NCBI GenBank assembly: GCA_016432465.1
Contig: CP066690.1
Coordinates: 526,823 to 590,822 of the forward strand
Length of the DNA: 64,000 nucleotides
Source: Candidatus Sungiibacteriota bacterium
GTDB taxonomy: Bacteria; Patescibacteriota; Minisyncoccia; Sungbacterales; HO2-52-23
Reading direction: 5' to 3'
Shown here: positions 41,972-50,998 of the stretch, in pieces
Layout: each line of letters begins with the position of its first letter
How positions within the stretch are numbered: the first letter of the stretch is position 1
Program-made: the position numbers and the translations under genes
Notes under the pieces: generated by a model
The model's input: the letters and a program-made list of their open reading frames with translations, nothing else
Database searches by the model: none
What the model was told of the DNA's origin: nothing

Positions 41972-42805
41972 ATGATTTTACTTGACGGGAAAAAGCTTTC
42001 GCAAAAAATACTAGACGAAGTCAAACAAGAAACAACGGCCACAAAAAAGAAACTACGGTTGGCCATCGTTGTTGTGGGCGAAAATCCCGTTGTCAAAAAA
42101 TTCATTGAGCAAAAAAAGAAAGCCGCCGATCAAATAGGCGCCGGTGTTAGAATTTATCCTTTTGATGAAAAAATAACCACCAACGAGCTTCGTAAGCGTT
42201 TATTTGAAATTGTGCACGAGAAGAAAAATACGGGAGTGATAATTCAACTTCCGCTGCCGACGCATATTAATACCCCTTATATTTTAAACTCCGTAACACC
42301 CGAGAAAGATATTGATATGCTCTCGGCGCGCGCAATTGGTAATTTTGCGGTCGGCCAAAGTCCTATTATTCCGCCCGTGGTGGGCGCCCTAAAATTTCTT
42401 TTGGAGGAATACCAAATTGACTACCAGCAAAAATCTGTCGTTATAGTAGGGGCAGGAAATTTAGTGGGGAAGCCAACGGCACTTTGGCTTTTGGGCAAGA
42501 AAGCAACTTTTACTGTTGTGGAAGAAAGAACCCCGCACCCCGAAGAATTAATCTCTAAGGCTGGAATCTTGATTACCGGCGTTGGCAAACCCGGGTTTAT
42601 ACGAGGTGATATGGTAAAAAACGGTGTTATAGTTATTGATGCCGGTACCTCTGAATCTGCGGGGCGGCTGGTGGGGGATGTTGACTTTAAGTCTGTGTCA
42701 AAAAAAGCTTCATATATTACGCCGGTTCCGGGAGGCATCGGGCCGCTCACTGTAGCCATGCTTTTTAAAAACCTTGTAACCCTCGCGAAAATCCAAAAAT
42801 CATGA
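41972..42805 (+). CDS. folD: bifunctional methylenetetrahydrofolate dehydrogenase/cyclohydrolase
   Basis: Typical FolD N-terminus ILLDGKKLS. NAD(P)-binding GxGxxVG. Confidence 0.9.
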   Translation: MILLDGKKLSQKILDEVKQETTATKKKLRLAIVVVGENPVVKKFIEQKKKAADQIGAGVRIYPFDEKITTNELRKRLFEIVHEKKNTGVIIQLPLPTHINTPYILNSVTPEKDIDMLSARAIGNFAVGQSPIIPPVVGALKFLLEEYQIDYQQKSVVIVGAGNLVGKPTALWLLGKKATFTVVEERTPHPEELISKAGILITGVGKPGFIRGDMVKNGVIVIDAGTSESAGRLVGDVDFKSVSKKASYITPVPGGIGPLTVAMLFKNLVTLAKIQKS

Positions 42806-43356
42806 TACAGCAACTTGATATTGTAGTCTTTCGTTGGTTAAATTCGTGGGTTGGCACTTCTACTTTTTTTGACTGGGCGATAAGATTTCGCGCCGTTTGG
42901 TTTCTTTATATTGTAATAGCGGCCCTGCTTCTTTTTTTTATTTTTACTCTTTGGATACGATTTCGCGACAAGAGAAGACGTAATTTAGGGTTGGTAGTTT
43001 TTGCTATTTTTTCTGCCCTGCTCGCGCGGTTTGCGGTTACCGAACTGGTCCGGTTTATTTATAATCGCCCCCGACCCTTTGAGGTTTTGGAAGAGGTGCG
43101 GCAGATTGTAGAACATACGGGTGGGGGTTCTTTTCCTTCGGGACACGCTACTTTTGCTTTTGCTATTGCAGCCGCAGTTTCATTTTATTACCCTAAAACA
43201 AGTATTTTATTTTTCCTCGCGGCATTTTCTGTTGGTTTGGGGCGCGTGGCGGCCGGAGTTCACTGGCCAAGCGATATTTTGGGCGCTGCGGCGGTGGGCA
43301 TATTAACAGCGTGGTTGCTTGGTAAAATTTTAAAGATAAAAAGCGCGACTCTCTAA
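42802..43356 (+). CDS. PAP2 family phosphatase (undecaprenyl-diphosphatase-like)
   Basis: PAP2 motifs SFPSGHAT and HWPSD. Confidence 0.8.
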   Translation: MIQQLDIVVFRWLNSWVGTSTFFDWAIRFRAVWFLYIVIAALLLFFIFTLWIRFRDKRRRNLGLVVFAIFSALLARFAVTELVRFIYNRPRPFEVLEEVRQIVEHTGGGSFPSGHATFAFAIAAAVSFYYPKTSILFFLAAFSVGLGRVAAGVHWPSDILGAAAVGILTAWLLGKILKIKSATL

Positions 43357-43370
43357 GAGTCGCTTTTTTT
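43344..43370. terminator. rho-independent terminator (bidirectional: A-run upstream, T-run downstream)
   Basis: GCGACTCT-cta-AGAGTCGC + TTTTTTT. Overlaps the PAP2 stop codon. Confidence 0.7.
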
Positions 43371-43373
43371 GCT

Positions 43374-43730
43374 CTACGCTTCGAAGGAGTGGCCACAGCC
43401 GCAGGTGGATTTGGCGTTGGGGTTGCGGAAGAAAAAGGCCTCTCCGCCTTCGGATATCAGATAGTCAATCTCCGAACCCCTTAAGTGTTCAGAGTGGGCA
43501 GTGGGTATTACTACTTTAAGCGGGGGATCTTCCGGCGAGGCGTCAGGTAATTTAAATTCATAAACTTGGTCCCTTTCAGTTTGTGTGTCCGTCAGATCCA
43601 TTTCGTAGGAAAAACCGCTGCAGCCGCCGCTTATTACTGTTATAAAAAGAAAGGTGGTACGGAAGTCCTTATTTTGCAGAGCGAAGATCTCTTTTATTTT
43701 CCGCAGCGCCAGTTCCGTTATGGTGATCAT
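43374..43730 (-). CDS. iscA: Fe-S cluster assembly A-type carrier (IscA/SufA/HesB family)
   Basis: GGCSGFSYE and C-terminal CGCGHSF motifs. Start taken at MITITELA. Confidence 0.75.
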   Translation of the reverse strand: MITITELALRKIKEIFALQNKDFRTTFLFITVISGGCSGFSYEMDLTDTQTERDQVYEFKLPDASPEDPPLKVVIPTAHSEHLRGSEIDYLISEGGEAFFFRNPNAKSTCGCGHSFEA

Positions 43731-43740
43731 CCTACCCTCC

Positions 43741-44079
43741 TTATACGGTGAAAGACTCCCCGCAACCGCAGGTTTTTTTGACGTTGGGGTTGCGGAACCT
43801 AAAGCCACTATACATCAGGGTCTGCTCAAAATCAAGCTCCGTTCCATTCAGGTAAATAAAACTTTTAAGGTCCACATATACCCTCACGCCCTTGTCCTCT
43901 CCGAAGATTTTATCACCGGCACGTTTCTGGGTCTCCACCCTTATGGTGTAAGTAAGACCCGAACAGCCGCCGCCCCTGACTCCAATACGCAGTCCCGCTT
44001 CGGGATTTTCTCCCAGACCTTGCGTCTCAATCAATTTTTTAATTTGTGCTGCGGCTAGTTCCGAAACAGTGATGGCCAC
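43741..44079 (-). CDS. Fe-S cluster assembly A-type carrier (IscA/ErpA family), second paralog
   Basis: GGGCSGLTY and C-terminal CGCGESF motifs. Confidence 0.8.
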   Translation of the reverse strand: MAITVSELAAAQIKKLIETQGLGENPEAGLRIGVRGGGCSGLTYTIRVETQKRAGDKIFGEDKGVRVYVDLKSFIYLNGTELDFEQTLMYSGFRFRNPNVKKTCGCGESFTV

Positions 44080-44081
44080 TC

Positions 44082-44588
44082 CTAACTCTCCTCGGGCGGC
44101 TCGGGGACGGGAGTTGTGACTTTTTGCTTTTTCTTCCAGTCCTCTATAGCGGCTTTGATGGCGCCTTCAGCCAGAACCGAGCAGTGAATTTTTACCGGAG
44201 GCAGACTAAGATAAGAAGCCACCTCGGCATTTTTGATTTGAGAAGCTTCCTTAAGCGTCTTACCTTTTACCCACTCGGTAACTAGACTGGAAGAAGCAAT
44301 GGCCGATCCACAGCCGAAAGTTTTAAATTTAGCATCTATAATCAGCTGTTCAGTATTTAGTGCCGTGCCCGAACAGTTGGGGCAGGCGCTTTCCTGACTT
44401 GACGCTGCCCAAGTATGCTGGCATTCCGTACATTGATGGGCAAAGATAACCTTAATTTGCAATTTCATTACGTCCCCGCATTCCGGTGCCCCTACAATGC
44501 CGGTTCCTATGTTCTCTTCGGTCTTGGCAAAACTTCCTACGTTACGAGGGTTATTGTAGTGCTCAATCACCTTGTCGCTGTATGCCAT
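44082..44588 (-). CDS. iscU: Fe-S cluster scaffold IscU/NifU-like with an internal CxxC..CxxC insertion
   Basis: AYSDKVIEHYNNPRNVGSF, GAPECGDVMKLQIKV and FKTFGCGSAIASSSL. About 35-aa insert CTECQH...ACPNC. Confidence 0.8.
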   Translation of the reverse strand: MAYSDKVIEHYNNPRNVGSFAKTEENIGTGIVGAPECGDVMKLQIKVIFAHQCTECQHTWAASSQESACPNCSGTALNTEQLIIDAKFKTFGCGSAIASSSLVTEWVKGKTLKEASQIKNAEVASYLSLPPVKIHCSVLAEGAIKAAIEDWKKKQKVTTPVPEPPEES

Positions 44589-44673
44589 GTTAACCTTCCT
44601 TAGTCAGAGGACTACCTACTAAAATATCATAAAACAACAAAAAAGCCAGAACGTGTCTGGCCCCATTTAATAT

Positions 44674-45129
44674 TTAAAGTGTCGGCGATAATACGGCAAT
44701 AGCTATTTCTACTGCTTCGTCGAGCGTCTCAACAATGAATCCGGCAGCTTCGCGAAGTATGGCATGACTATGAATGTTTTCTTTTTCCATGACAATAACT
44801 ATCGGTTTCCTCAACATATCTGCCCAAGCGATTTCCATCACTGTTCCGATGGAAACCTTGGCGGCGCCAAGTAGGTTTACCAGCAGCAGGTCACAGCGCA
44901 TGACATCCATCCGATCCCGGCAGGTGATGCCTTTTGGGGAGCCTAAGGGGTGTTGGGCATAAGAGTCTTTAACTAATTTTTCTTTGGCAAGATAATTTTT
45001 GCCCCGCATGGGTGAGACCGCTTTTATGTGGGCAGGAAGTTTTTTGGCTACATATTCACGCCATTCTGTACATCCCTCGAAAGAGACACCGGTAATAGGT
45101 CCTGCGCAGTAGAGAAGAAATTCCCTCAT
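44674..45129 (-). CDS. nucleoside 2-deoxyribosyltransferase-like protein
   Basis: YCAGPI and GTVMEIAWADMLRKPIVIV resemble the deoxyribosyltransferase fold signature. Start taken at MREFLL. Confidence 0.45.
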   Translation of the reverse strand: MREFLLYCAGPITGVSFEGCTEWREYVAKKLPAHIKAVSPMRGKNYLAKEKLVKDSYAQHPLGSPKGITCRDRMDVMRCDLLLVNLLGAAKVSIGTVMEIAWADMLRKPIVIVMEKENIHSHAILREAAGFIVETLDEAVEIAIAVLSPTL

Positions 45130-45293
45130 GGGTTTTCCCAAGAACAAAAGATCTATAAGTAAACTACAAGACGGAACCTCGGGGATCAACCACAGGATAT
45201 CCACAGCTGGTATTATCCCCCCCCGAACCCTTGCAAAATTAAACACCCCGTGGTATTATATTTTAGAACCCGAAAAATTAACGGAGGAGGATT

Positions 45294-45923
45294 GTGAGCG
45301 ATCCGAACAGAAAAGAGTGGCGTGCGCTTTGGTGGCGCATAAAAGCGCAAGGTGATCCGGAACCGCCGTATGAGCAGCTTGTCGGGCTGTATTCTCAACC
45401 CCACCGTTGTTATCACACGTTAGCCCACATTGAACATTGCCTAAAGGAGTTTGATGCAGTCTGGCACTTTGCCAGAAGTCCGAATGCGGTAGAGATGGCA
45501 CTTTGGTACCACGACGCAATTTATGTTGCTAAGGCTAAAGACAACGAAGAGAAAAGCGCCGAGCTGGCGGCCCGGGTATTAAGAAGTGCGTTGGTTCCAG
45601 ATACTTTTGTGCAGGAAGTTGTCCGCCTGATACTTAAAACTAAACACGATGCTCCTCCCGCAGATTTCGATGCGCAGCTTGTTGTTGATATTGATCTATC
45701 CAGTCTTGGTCTGCCGGAAGATGTATTTGAGAAGCATGGCGAGGAGATACGCAGAGAATACTGGTGGGTTCCAGATGCTCTTTTTGCTGAAGTCCGGTCA
45801 CAGATTTTTAAATCATTTTTCTCCCGACCCACGATTTATTTAACCAATTTTTTCCAAGAAAAATACGAGAAACAGGCCCGCAGGAATTTAATACGCGTGC
45901 TCACAAAACCTCGGGAACAGTAA
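45294..45923 (+). CDS. HD-domain-like metal-dependent phosphohydrolase, hypothetical
   Basis: H..H...HD pattern in HTLAHIEHC...WYHDAIY. Confidence 0.45.
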   Translation: MSDPNRKEWRALWWRIKAQGDPEPPYEQLVGLYSQPHRCYHTLAHIEHCLKEFDAVWHFARSPNAVEMALWYHDAIYVAKAKDNEEKSAELAARVLRSALVPDTFVQEVVRLILKTKHDAPPADFDAQLVVDIDLSSLGLPEDVFEKHGEEIRREYWWVPDALFAEVRSQIFKSFFSRPTIYLTNFFQEKYEKQARRNLIRVLTKPREQ

Positions 45924-45926
45924 TAG

Positions 45927-45957
45927 CCGCAGCACTAACGTGCTGCGGTGTTTTTTT
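45927..45957 (+). terminator. rho-independent terminator
   Basis: CCGCAGCAC-taac-GTGCTGCGG + TGTTTTTTT. Confidence 0.8.
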
Positions 45958-46024
45958 ATATCAAATTTAACAGATCTGCCGGTTGGCGTAGATGGCGGCC
46001 TCCTCCGGACTGCAAATTCCTTAC

Positions 46025-46110
46025 TGGTGCCCGGGGAGAGACTTGAACTCTCAAGGTCTTGCGACCAGTGGATTTTGAGTCCACCGCGTATGCCATTCCG
46101 CCACCCGGGC
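46025..46110 (-). tRNA. tRNA-Leu (anticodon CAA), type II with long variable arm, CCA encoded
   Basis: Minus strand GCCCGGGTGGCGGAATGG...GGACTCAAAATCC...GGTCGCAAGACC...GAGAGTTCAAGTCTCTCCCCGGGCACCA. Confidence 0.85.
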
Positions 46111-46180
46111 ACCGCCACCTATTATTATAAACCAGAACCATAAAAATCGCAACATTTGTGTGTTGAAATAAAATTATTCT

Positions 46181-46975
46181 TTGAGTATTGTAGAGATGAT
46201 GGCTCGTATTATTTCTCTCTGTAACCAAAAGGGCGGTGTGGGAAAAAGTACCACGGTGCAGAATCTGGCTGTTTTTCTGGCGGCACTCGGAAAAAGAGTG
46301 CTGGTGGTTGATATTGATCCGCAGGCCAATACGACCTCGGGTTTTGGCATAAACCCGCGAAAGTTAGATAAGAATATTTACCATGTTCTTATAGGAAAGA
46401 ACCCCATTGATACCGTTATAAAGAAAACGGGTGTACTGTCGGTGGACATTATTCCTTCGGCATCGGCACTCGCCGGAGCAGCCATTGAACTTATTGACAT
46501 GAGGCATCGGGAGTATAGACTAAAGGAAGTCCTTGAGCCACTACGCAGAAAATATGATTTTATTGTGATTGATTCGCCGCCCAGTCTCGGCCTCCTCACT
46601 ATTAACGCCCTAACCGCCGCGCAAAAAACTATTATCCCGGTACAGTGCGAGTATTACGCCCTGGAGGGTTTGGCCGATCTTTTGCATACCATACAGCTTG
46701 TTAACACCAATCTGAAAACAAAAATTGCGATTATGGGTGCGTTACTTACCATGTATGACAGAAAATCACGCTTGCATCGGGCAGTGGCCAAAGAAATTCG
46801 CCGCAAATTTCCCGGATACGTATTTGAGGCTGTAATTCCAAGAAATGTCAGCTTGGCCGAGGCGCCTTCTTTTGGGAAAACAATTTTGCATTATGAGCCT
46901 TATTCACATGGCGCCAAGGCGTATCGGCAGCTTGCCGAAGAAGTGTTGAGACTAGAAGGAGTTAGAAATATATAA
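46181..46975 (+). CDS. parA: chromosome partitioning ATPase ParA/Soj
   Basis: Deviant Walker A CNQKGGVGKSTT. Confidence 0.9.
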   Translation: MSIVEMMARIISLCNQKGGVGKSTTVQNLAVFLAALGKRVLVVDIDPQANTTSGFGINPRKLDKNIYHVLIGKNPIDTVIKKTGVLSVDIIPSASALAGAAIELIDMRHREYRLKEVLEPLRRKYDFIVIDSPPSLGLLTINALTAAQKTIIPVQCEYYALEGLADLLHTIQLVNTNLKTKIAIMGALLTMYDRKSRLHRAVAKEIRRKFPGYVFEAVIPRNVSLAEAPSFGKTILHYEPYSHGAKAYRQLAEEVLRLEGVRNI

Positions 46976-47057
46976 GCGACAAGAGATACGCGACAAGCTA
47001 CATGTAGATTTCTTTTTGCATGTTTTTTGTCTTATGTCTCGTGTACCGCGCTGTTTA

Positions 47058-48062
47058 ATGCCAGAGTCTTTAGGAAGGGGTCTTGAGTCTTTAATACCAG
47101 ATAAGCCACCGGAAGAAATGCCGGAAAATTTTGATACATCGGAAGCAGTTCTGCCTTCGGCGGAGAAGCAAAAACCAAAATTATCTAGCCTTGGAGAGGG
47201 ATCACGATTAAGTTACGAAGACCATTTTACACCGCGGCGGAGCGATTCTGTTTTCTGGATTGAGGTCGAAAAAATAGAACCCAATCCGTTTCAGCCGCGA
47301 CGCGAATTTGAAGAGTCCACCCTTAAAGATCTGGCCGGTTCTATTCGGGAGCACGGCGTGCTACAGCCAATTTTAGTAACCAAAAGAGAAATAGAAACCC
47401 CAGGCGGTATTGACGTCCGTTATCAGTTGATTGCGGGAGAAAGGCGTTGGCGTGCGGCACGCTTGGCAGGACTGACCCAGATCCCCGCAGTGATTCGTCG
47501 GGGGATGCCGGACGATCGTCTCAAGCTGGAATTGGCTTTGATTGAAAACGTACAACGTGAGGACTTAAATCCCCTGGAGCGCGCGAGGGCTTTTAAACAG
47601 CTTATTGATGAGTTTCATCTGGTACAGAGAGAAATTGGAGAAAGGGTTGGTAAGTCCCGGGAGTTTGTAGCTAACACCATACGTCTTCTTGCTCTTCCCA
47701 ACGAAATTCAGGAAGCATTGCACGCAGGCAAAATTACCGAAGGGCACGCTCGGGCCGTTTTAATTGTCGGTGACGACCCGACTAAACAATCTGAAGTTTA
47801 TAACGCCGTGGTTATGGATCGCCTCACAGTTCGCGAGGCGGAAAACAAAGCGCGCCAAGTAAGCGGAAAAGTTTTTGTTCCGCGCAGACGTCCTGCTGCG
47901 GTTCAAGATCCGGAGATGCGCGAGTGGAAAAATAGACTTGAGGAAAAACTAGGCACCAAAGTCCAGCTTCAAAAAATCGGCGAGCGCGGAAAAATCGTGG
48001 TGGAGTTTTATTCCGAAGAAGAACTTAGGGGAATACTTGGCAAACTGATTAGAGAAGCATAA
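47058..48062 (+). CDS. parB: chromosome partitioning protein ParB/Spo0J
   Basis: LGRGLESLIP N-terminus. ParB box IAGERRWRAARLAG. HTH. The track ORF starts at 47016; the internal Met before LGRGL is preferred. Confidence 0.85.
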   Translation: MPESLGRGLESLIPDKPPEEMPENFDTSEAVLPSAEKQKPKLSSLGEGSRLSYEDHFTPRRSDSVFWIEVEKIEPNPFQPRREFEESTLKDLAGSIREHGVLQPILVTKREIETPGGIDVRYQLIAGERRWRAARLAGLTQIPAVIRRGMPDDRLKLELALIENVQREDLNPLERARAFKQLIDEFHLVQREIGERVGKSREFVANTIRLLALPNEIQEALHAGKITEGHARAVLIVGDDPTKQSEVYNAVVMDRLTVREAENKARQVSGKVFVPRRRPAAVQDPEMREWKNRLEEKLGTKVQLQKIGERGKIVVEFYSEEELRGILGKLIREA

Positions 48063-48110
48063 TCTGGTCATCCAGACACCGATCGGACGTTGATTATTAA
48101 AATAAGTTTT

Positions 48111-49850
48111 TTAGGAAGTCAGCCTGTACCCCACCTCCTCCACCCCTTTCACCTCCTTCAGCCTCACCATTACGCGTTCAATTTGGATGCGGTTTTTAAA
48201 CGGGGCCTGAATAGTTATCTTGGCCCAAGTTTGGTTTTTGGTGTCGGTGTCTACTCTTTTGATATTGATTTTTTGTTTGGCCAAAACGTTGGTGACGTCA
48301 CGCAAAAGCCCCACCCGGTCTTTTATCGTAAGACTTAGTTCCACAATTTCGCTGGTCCGTTTCCCAAAAACTTCGTCCTGACGTTTCTTTTTTAAAAAAG
48401 AAGCAATGCGTTTTCGGGCCTGCGGACTTTTTATAAAACCAAGCCAGTCCGAGCTTGGTCTTTTGTTTTTTTGGGTTAAAATTTCCACCACGTCCCTATT
48501 TTTTAAAACATAATCAAGAGCAACCATTTTTCCGTTTACTTTGGCGCCGGCAGCAGTGTTCCCTACGTCAGTATGGACGTGGTAGGCAAAGTCAATGGGC
48601 GTTGATCCCTCGGGAAGATCCAGCACGTCACCCTTCGGTGTCAGGACAAAAATTCTGTTTTTGAAAAAATCAATTTTTAGTGACTCCAAAAATTCGTCCG
48701 GCTTCTCAAATTCTTTCTGCCATTCTTTGAGCTGTCTGATCCAAGAAAATTGACGTTGGTTCATAAAAGACGCCTGCTCCTTTGCGTAGGCCGCCGGATT
48801 TTTGCGTTTAAACTCTGAATAAGCCCAGTGGGCGGCAATACCGTGTTCTGCTTCCTCGTGCATCTCCGGCGTTCGCATCTGGATTTCTATTGGCCGTTCC
48901 TCCGGCCCAAAAACAGTGGTATGGAGAGAACGATAACCATTGGGTTTGGGCATAGCAATATAGTCTTTAATTTTTCCGGGCACGGGCCTCCATGTTTTGT
49001 GCACTACTCCGAGAGTGGAATAACAATCCTCAACGGTAGGAACAATAACGCGTAGCGCCACAATGTCGGTGATTTTATTGATGTCCATGTCATTTTTCAG
49101 AAGCTTTTTATACAGACTATAGTAGTGTTTTGCCCGCGCATGTATGTCAAGAAAGGATATGTGCTCTTCAATGAGGACACCAGCTAGTTTTGGTTTGACC
49201 CCTCTTACGTAATTGTCCCAGTCCTCGTATTTTTCTTTGGTGGCTTTCATTAGCCATTCGTATTCTTTAGGGTAAACGTAAGGAAAAGCCAAGTCTTCTA
49301 GTTTTCCTGAAAGTTCTTTGATACCTAGCCTATAGGCAAGCGGCGCATAGATCTCCATGGTTTCTAAAGCAATACGTCGTTGTTTTTCCGGCGCCATAGA
49401 ATTTAAGGTTTCCACGTTGTGGAGGCGGTCAAGTAATTTGATTAGTACAACGCGTATATCTTCAGCCACCGCAAGAAACATTTTTCTTAAAGACTCGGCC
49501 GATCTTTCTGTGCCTTTATAGCGTATTTTGTCAAGTTTGGTGACGCCCTCCACTAAAAACGCAACATCTTCACCAAAACTTTTCCGGATGACTTCTTTGC
49601 TGCAGGTGGTATCTTCACAAACATCATGCAGTAGTGCTGCAACAATAGTGGTTGTGTCAAGTTTCAACTCCGCAAGATACAAAGCCACGACCAAGGGATG
49701 AGTAATATAAGGCTCACCAGATTTCCGGGTTTGTCCTTGGTGGGCTTGGTAGGCTAACTCATAAGCCTTTTTGACGGTTTCCAAACTTTCGTCCGACTGC
49801 GCCTGAATCTTTATTTTTTCCAGGAGATTATTGATCGTCATCTTGCGCAT
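48111..49850 (-). CDS. rel: bifunctional (p)ppGpp synthetase/hydrolase (RelA/SpoT homolog, compact)
   Basis: HD hydrolase motif LLHDVCEDT. Synthetase domain. TGS (FVLTPKGDVLDLPEGSTPIDFAYHVHTDVG). C-terminal ACT domain. Confidence 0.85.
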   Translation of the reverse strand: MRKMTINNLLEKIKIQAQSDESLETVKKAYELAYQAHQGQTRKSGEPYITHPLVVALYLAELKLDTTTIVAALLHDVCEDTTCSKEVIRKSFGEDVAFLVEGVTKLDKIRYKGTERSAESLRKMFLAVAEDIRVVLIKLLDRLHNVETLNSMAPEKQRRIALETMEIYAPLAYRLGIKELSGKLEDLAFPYVYPKEYEWLMKATKEKYEDWDNYVRGVKPKLAGVLIEEHISFLDIHARAKHYYSLYKKLLKNDMDINKITDIVALRVIVPTVEDCYSTLGVVHKTWRPVPGKIKDYIAMPKPNGYRSLHTTVFGPEERPIEIQMRTPEMHEEAEHGIAAHWAYSEFKRKNPAAYAKEQASFMNQRQFSWIRQLKEWQKEFEKPDEFLESLKIDFFKNRIFVLTPKGDVLDLPEGSTPIDFAYHVHTDVGNTAAGAKVNGKMVALDYVLKNRDVVEILTQKNKRPSSDWLGFIKSPQARKRIASFLKKKRQDEVFGKRTSEIVELSLTIKDRVGLLRDVTNVLAKQKINIKRVDTDTKNQTWAKITIQAPFKNRIQIERVMVRLKEVKGVEEVGYRLTS

Positions 49851-49963
49851 ATTTTAGCCCAAAAACTTAATTTTTTCAAGTTTCGTTACGAAGGCGTATT
49901 TCGCAACAAGCCCTTAGTTATAAAAAACCGGTTCTGCTGAAGGACCAGTCAATCGCTCTTGGC

Positions 49964-50188
49964 TTATTGCTCTTTGTCCGGGACTGCCCGATGAATTGTG
50001 ATATATTCGTCAGGTTCCAAAAGACGGCCCCCGATGACCTCCTTCAAAAAAGCGCATTTTCCAAGACGTTCGGGCGTATACTTTCCGCCGACCTCTGGGC
50101 CGCGCGCCTTTTCAATGGCCTGCTGGATAAAAGTAATCATAGCCTCTACAGACTCCACAAACCAAGGGCATGTTATTTCTACCTGCAC
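49964..50188 (-). CDS. hypothetical small protein
   Basis: 74-aa ORF immediately downstream of palindrome copy A. Confidence 0.45.
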   Translation of the reverse strand: MQVEITCPWFVESVEAMITFIQQAIEKARGPEVGGKYTPERLGKCAFLKEVIGGRLLEPDEYITIHRAVPDKEQ

Positions 50189-50206
50189 GTATTTCCCCCT
50201 TTTTAC

Positions 50207-50248
50207 TTATTACAACATTTATATCGATCGTTTTAGATGTTGTAATAA
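50207..50248. promoter_or_regulatory. 42-bp palindromic operator-like site, copy A (TTATTACAACAT-N18-ATGTTGTAATAA, spacer contains CGATCG)
   Basis: Read directly. 19 nt upstream of the minus-strand gene starting at 50188. Confidence 0.5.
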
Positions 50249-50259
50249 ACTTTTTCTCT

Positions 50260-50811
50260 CTAAATTGTGCCAGTCGCACTGAGCGATACGATATGGATAT
50301 ATTTGCTCATACGGCGGGCGTCAATACTTTTAATAAGCGTTTCGGGCAGGGGGCGTTTCCCAATGTAAACGCTTTTTTGAAGCGGCTCGAATCCGCAGGC
50401 TAGAAGTTCCTTACGCAGCCACGAGCGTTTTTCTTTCTCGTCCTCGGGGATATCAAAGGTAACAAGACGCGTCAGGCCGTCAGCGGGTGGGAGTATATGC
50501 GTCATCCTTGGTTCTGCCGGTTTTGTATCTTTTAACTTGTGCAGCCCTTTCTTGGTGATGCGCCACCTTGCTTTTTTCTTAGGACCCGCACATACCACCA
50601 AACCTTCTCTTTTGAGGCGATTTAGAATACTTGAAAGCGAGTGTTTGGCTTCGGGGACGGAGGAGTATCGTACGTGGTCGAGTCCGAACAAACCGCGGAT
50701 TAATCCCGTACCCGGGTAGTATTTAGGGAAGAAGGCGTCGATCATAAGCGGTCCAGCTTCTGCCAGCTGATCAAGAAGAGCGCGTGTTATGGATTTTAAC
50801 ACCTTTTTCAT
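50260..50811 (-). CDS. PaaX-like transcriptional regulator (N-terminal winged helix + C-terminal Cas2-fold-like domain)
   Basis: The C-terminal LVTFDIPEDEKEKRSWLRKELLACGFEPLQKSVYIG resembles a PaaX_C/Cas2-like fold. The N-terminus is wHTH-like. Confidence 0.5.
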   Translation of the reverse strand: MKKVLKSITRALLDQLAEAGPLMIDAFFPKYYPGTGLIRGLFGLDHVRYSSVPEAKHSLSSILNRLKREGLVVCAGPKKKARWRITKKGLHKLKDTKPAEPRMTHILPPADGLTRLVTFDIPEDEKEKRSWLRKELLACGFEPLQKSVYIGKRPLPETLIKSIDARRMSKYIHIVSLSATGTI

Positions 50812-50830
50812 GATATTTCCCCAGCATATT

Positions 50831-50872
50831 TTATTACAACATTATAAACGATCGCTAGGAATGTTGTAATAA
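50831..50872. promoter_or_regulatory. 42-bp palindromic operator-like site, copy B (TTATTACAACAT-N18-ATGTTGTAATAA, spacer contains CGATCG)
   Basis: Read directly. 20 nt upstream of the regulator gene start at 50811. Confidence 0.5.
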
Positions 50873-50998
50873 AATTATAATGGGCGTGGCACGGAATGTA
50901 AATAGCAAGGAAGGCAAGTTTGGATTTTTTATCCAGACGCGGGTCTACCCAGGAGGCATGATCATACTCGGGCGAGCCTCGCTGCCCCCTTGTATATA

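Noticed and set aside
46976-47057. parS site between parA and parB
   Set aside because: Only a short direct repeat GCGACAAG x2 is present. No match to the TGTTNCACGTGAAACA parS consensus was found by eye.
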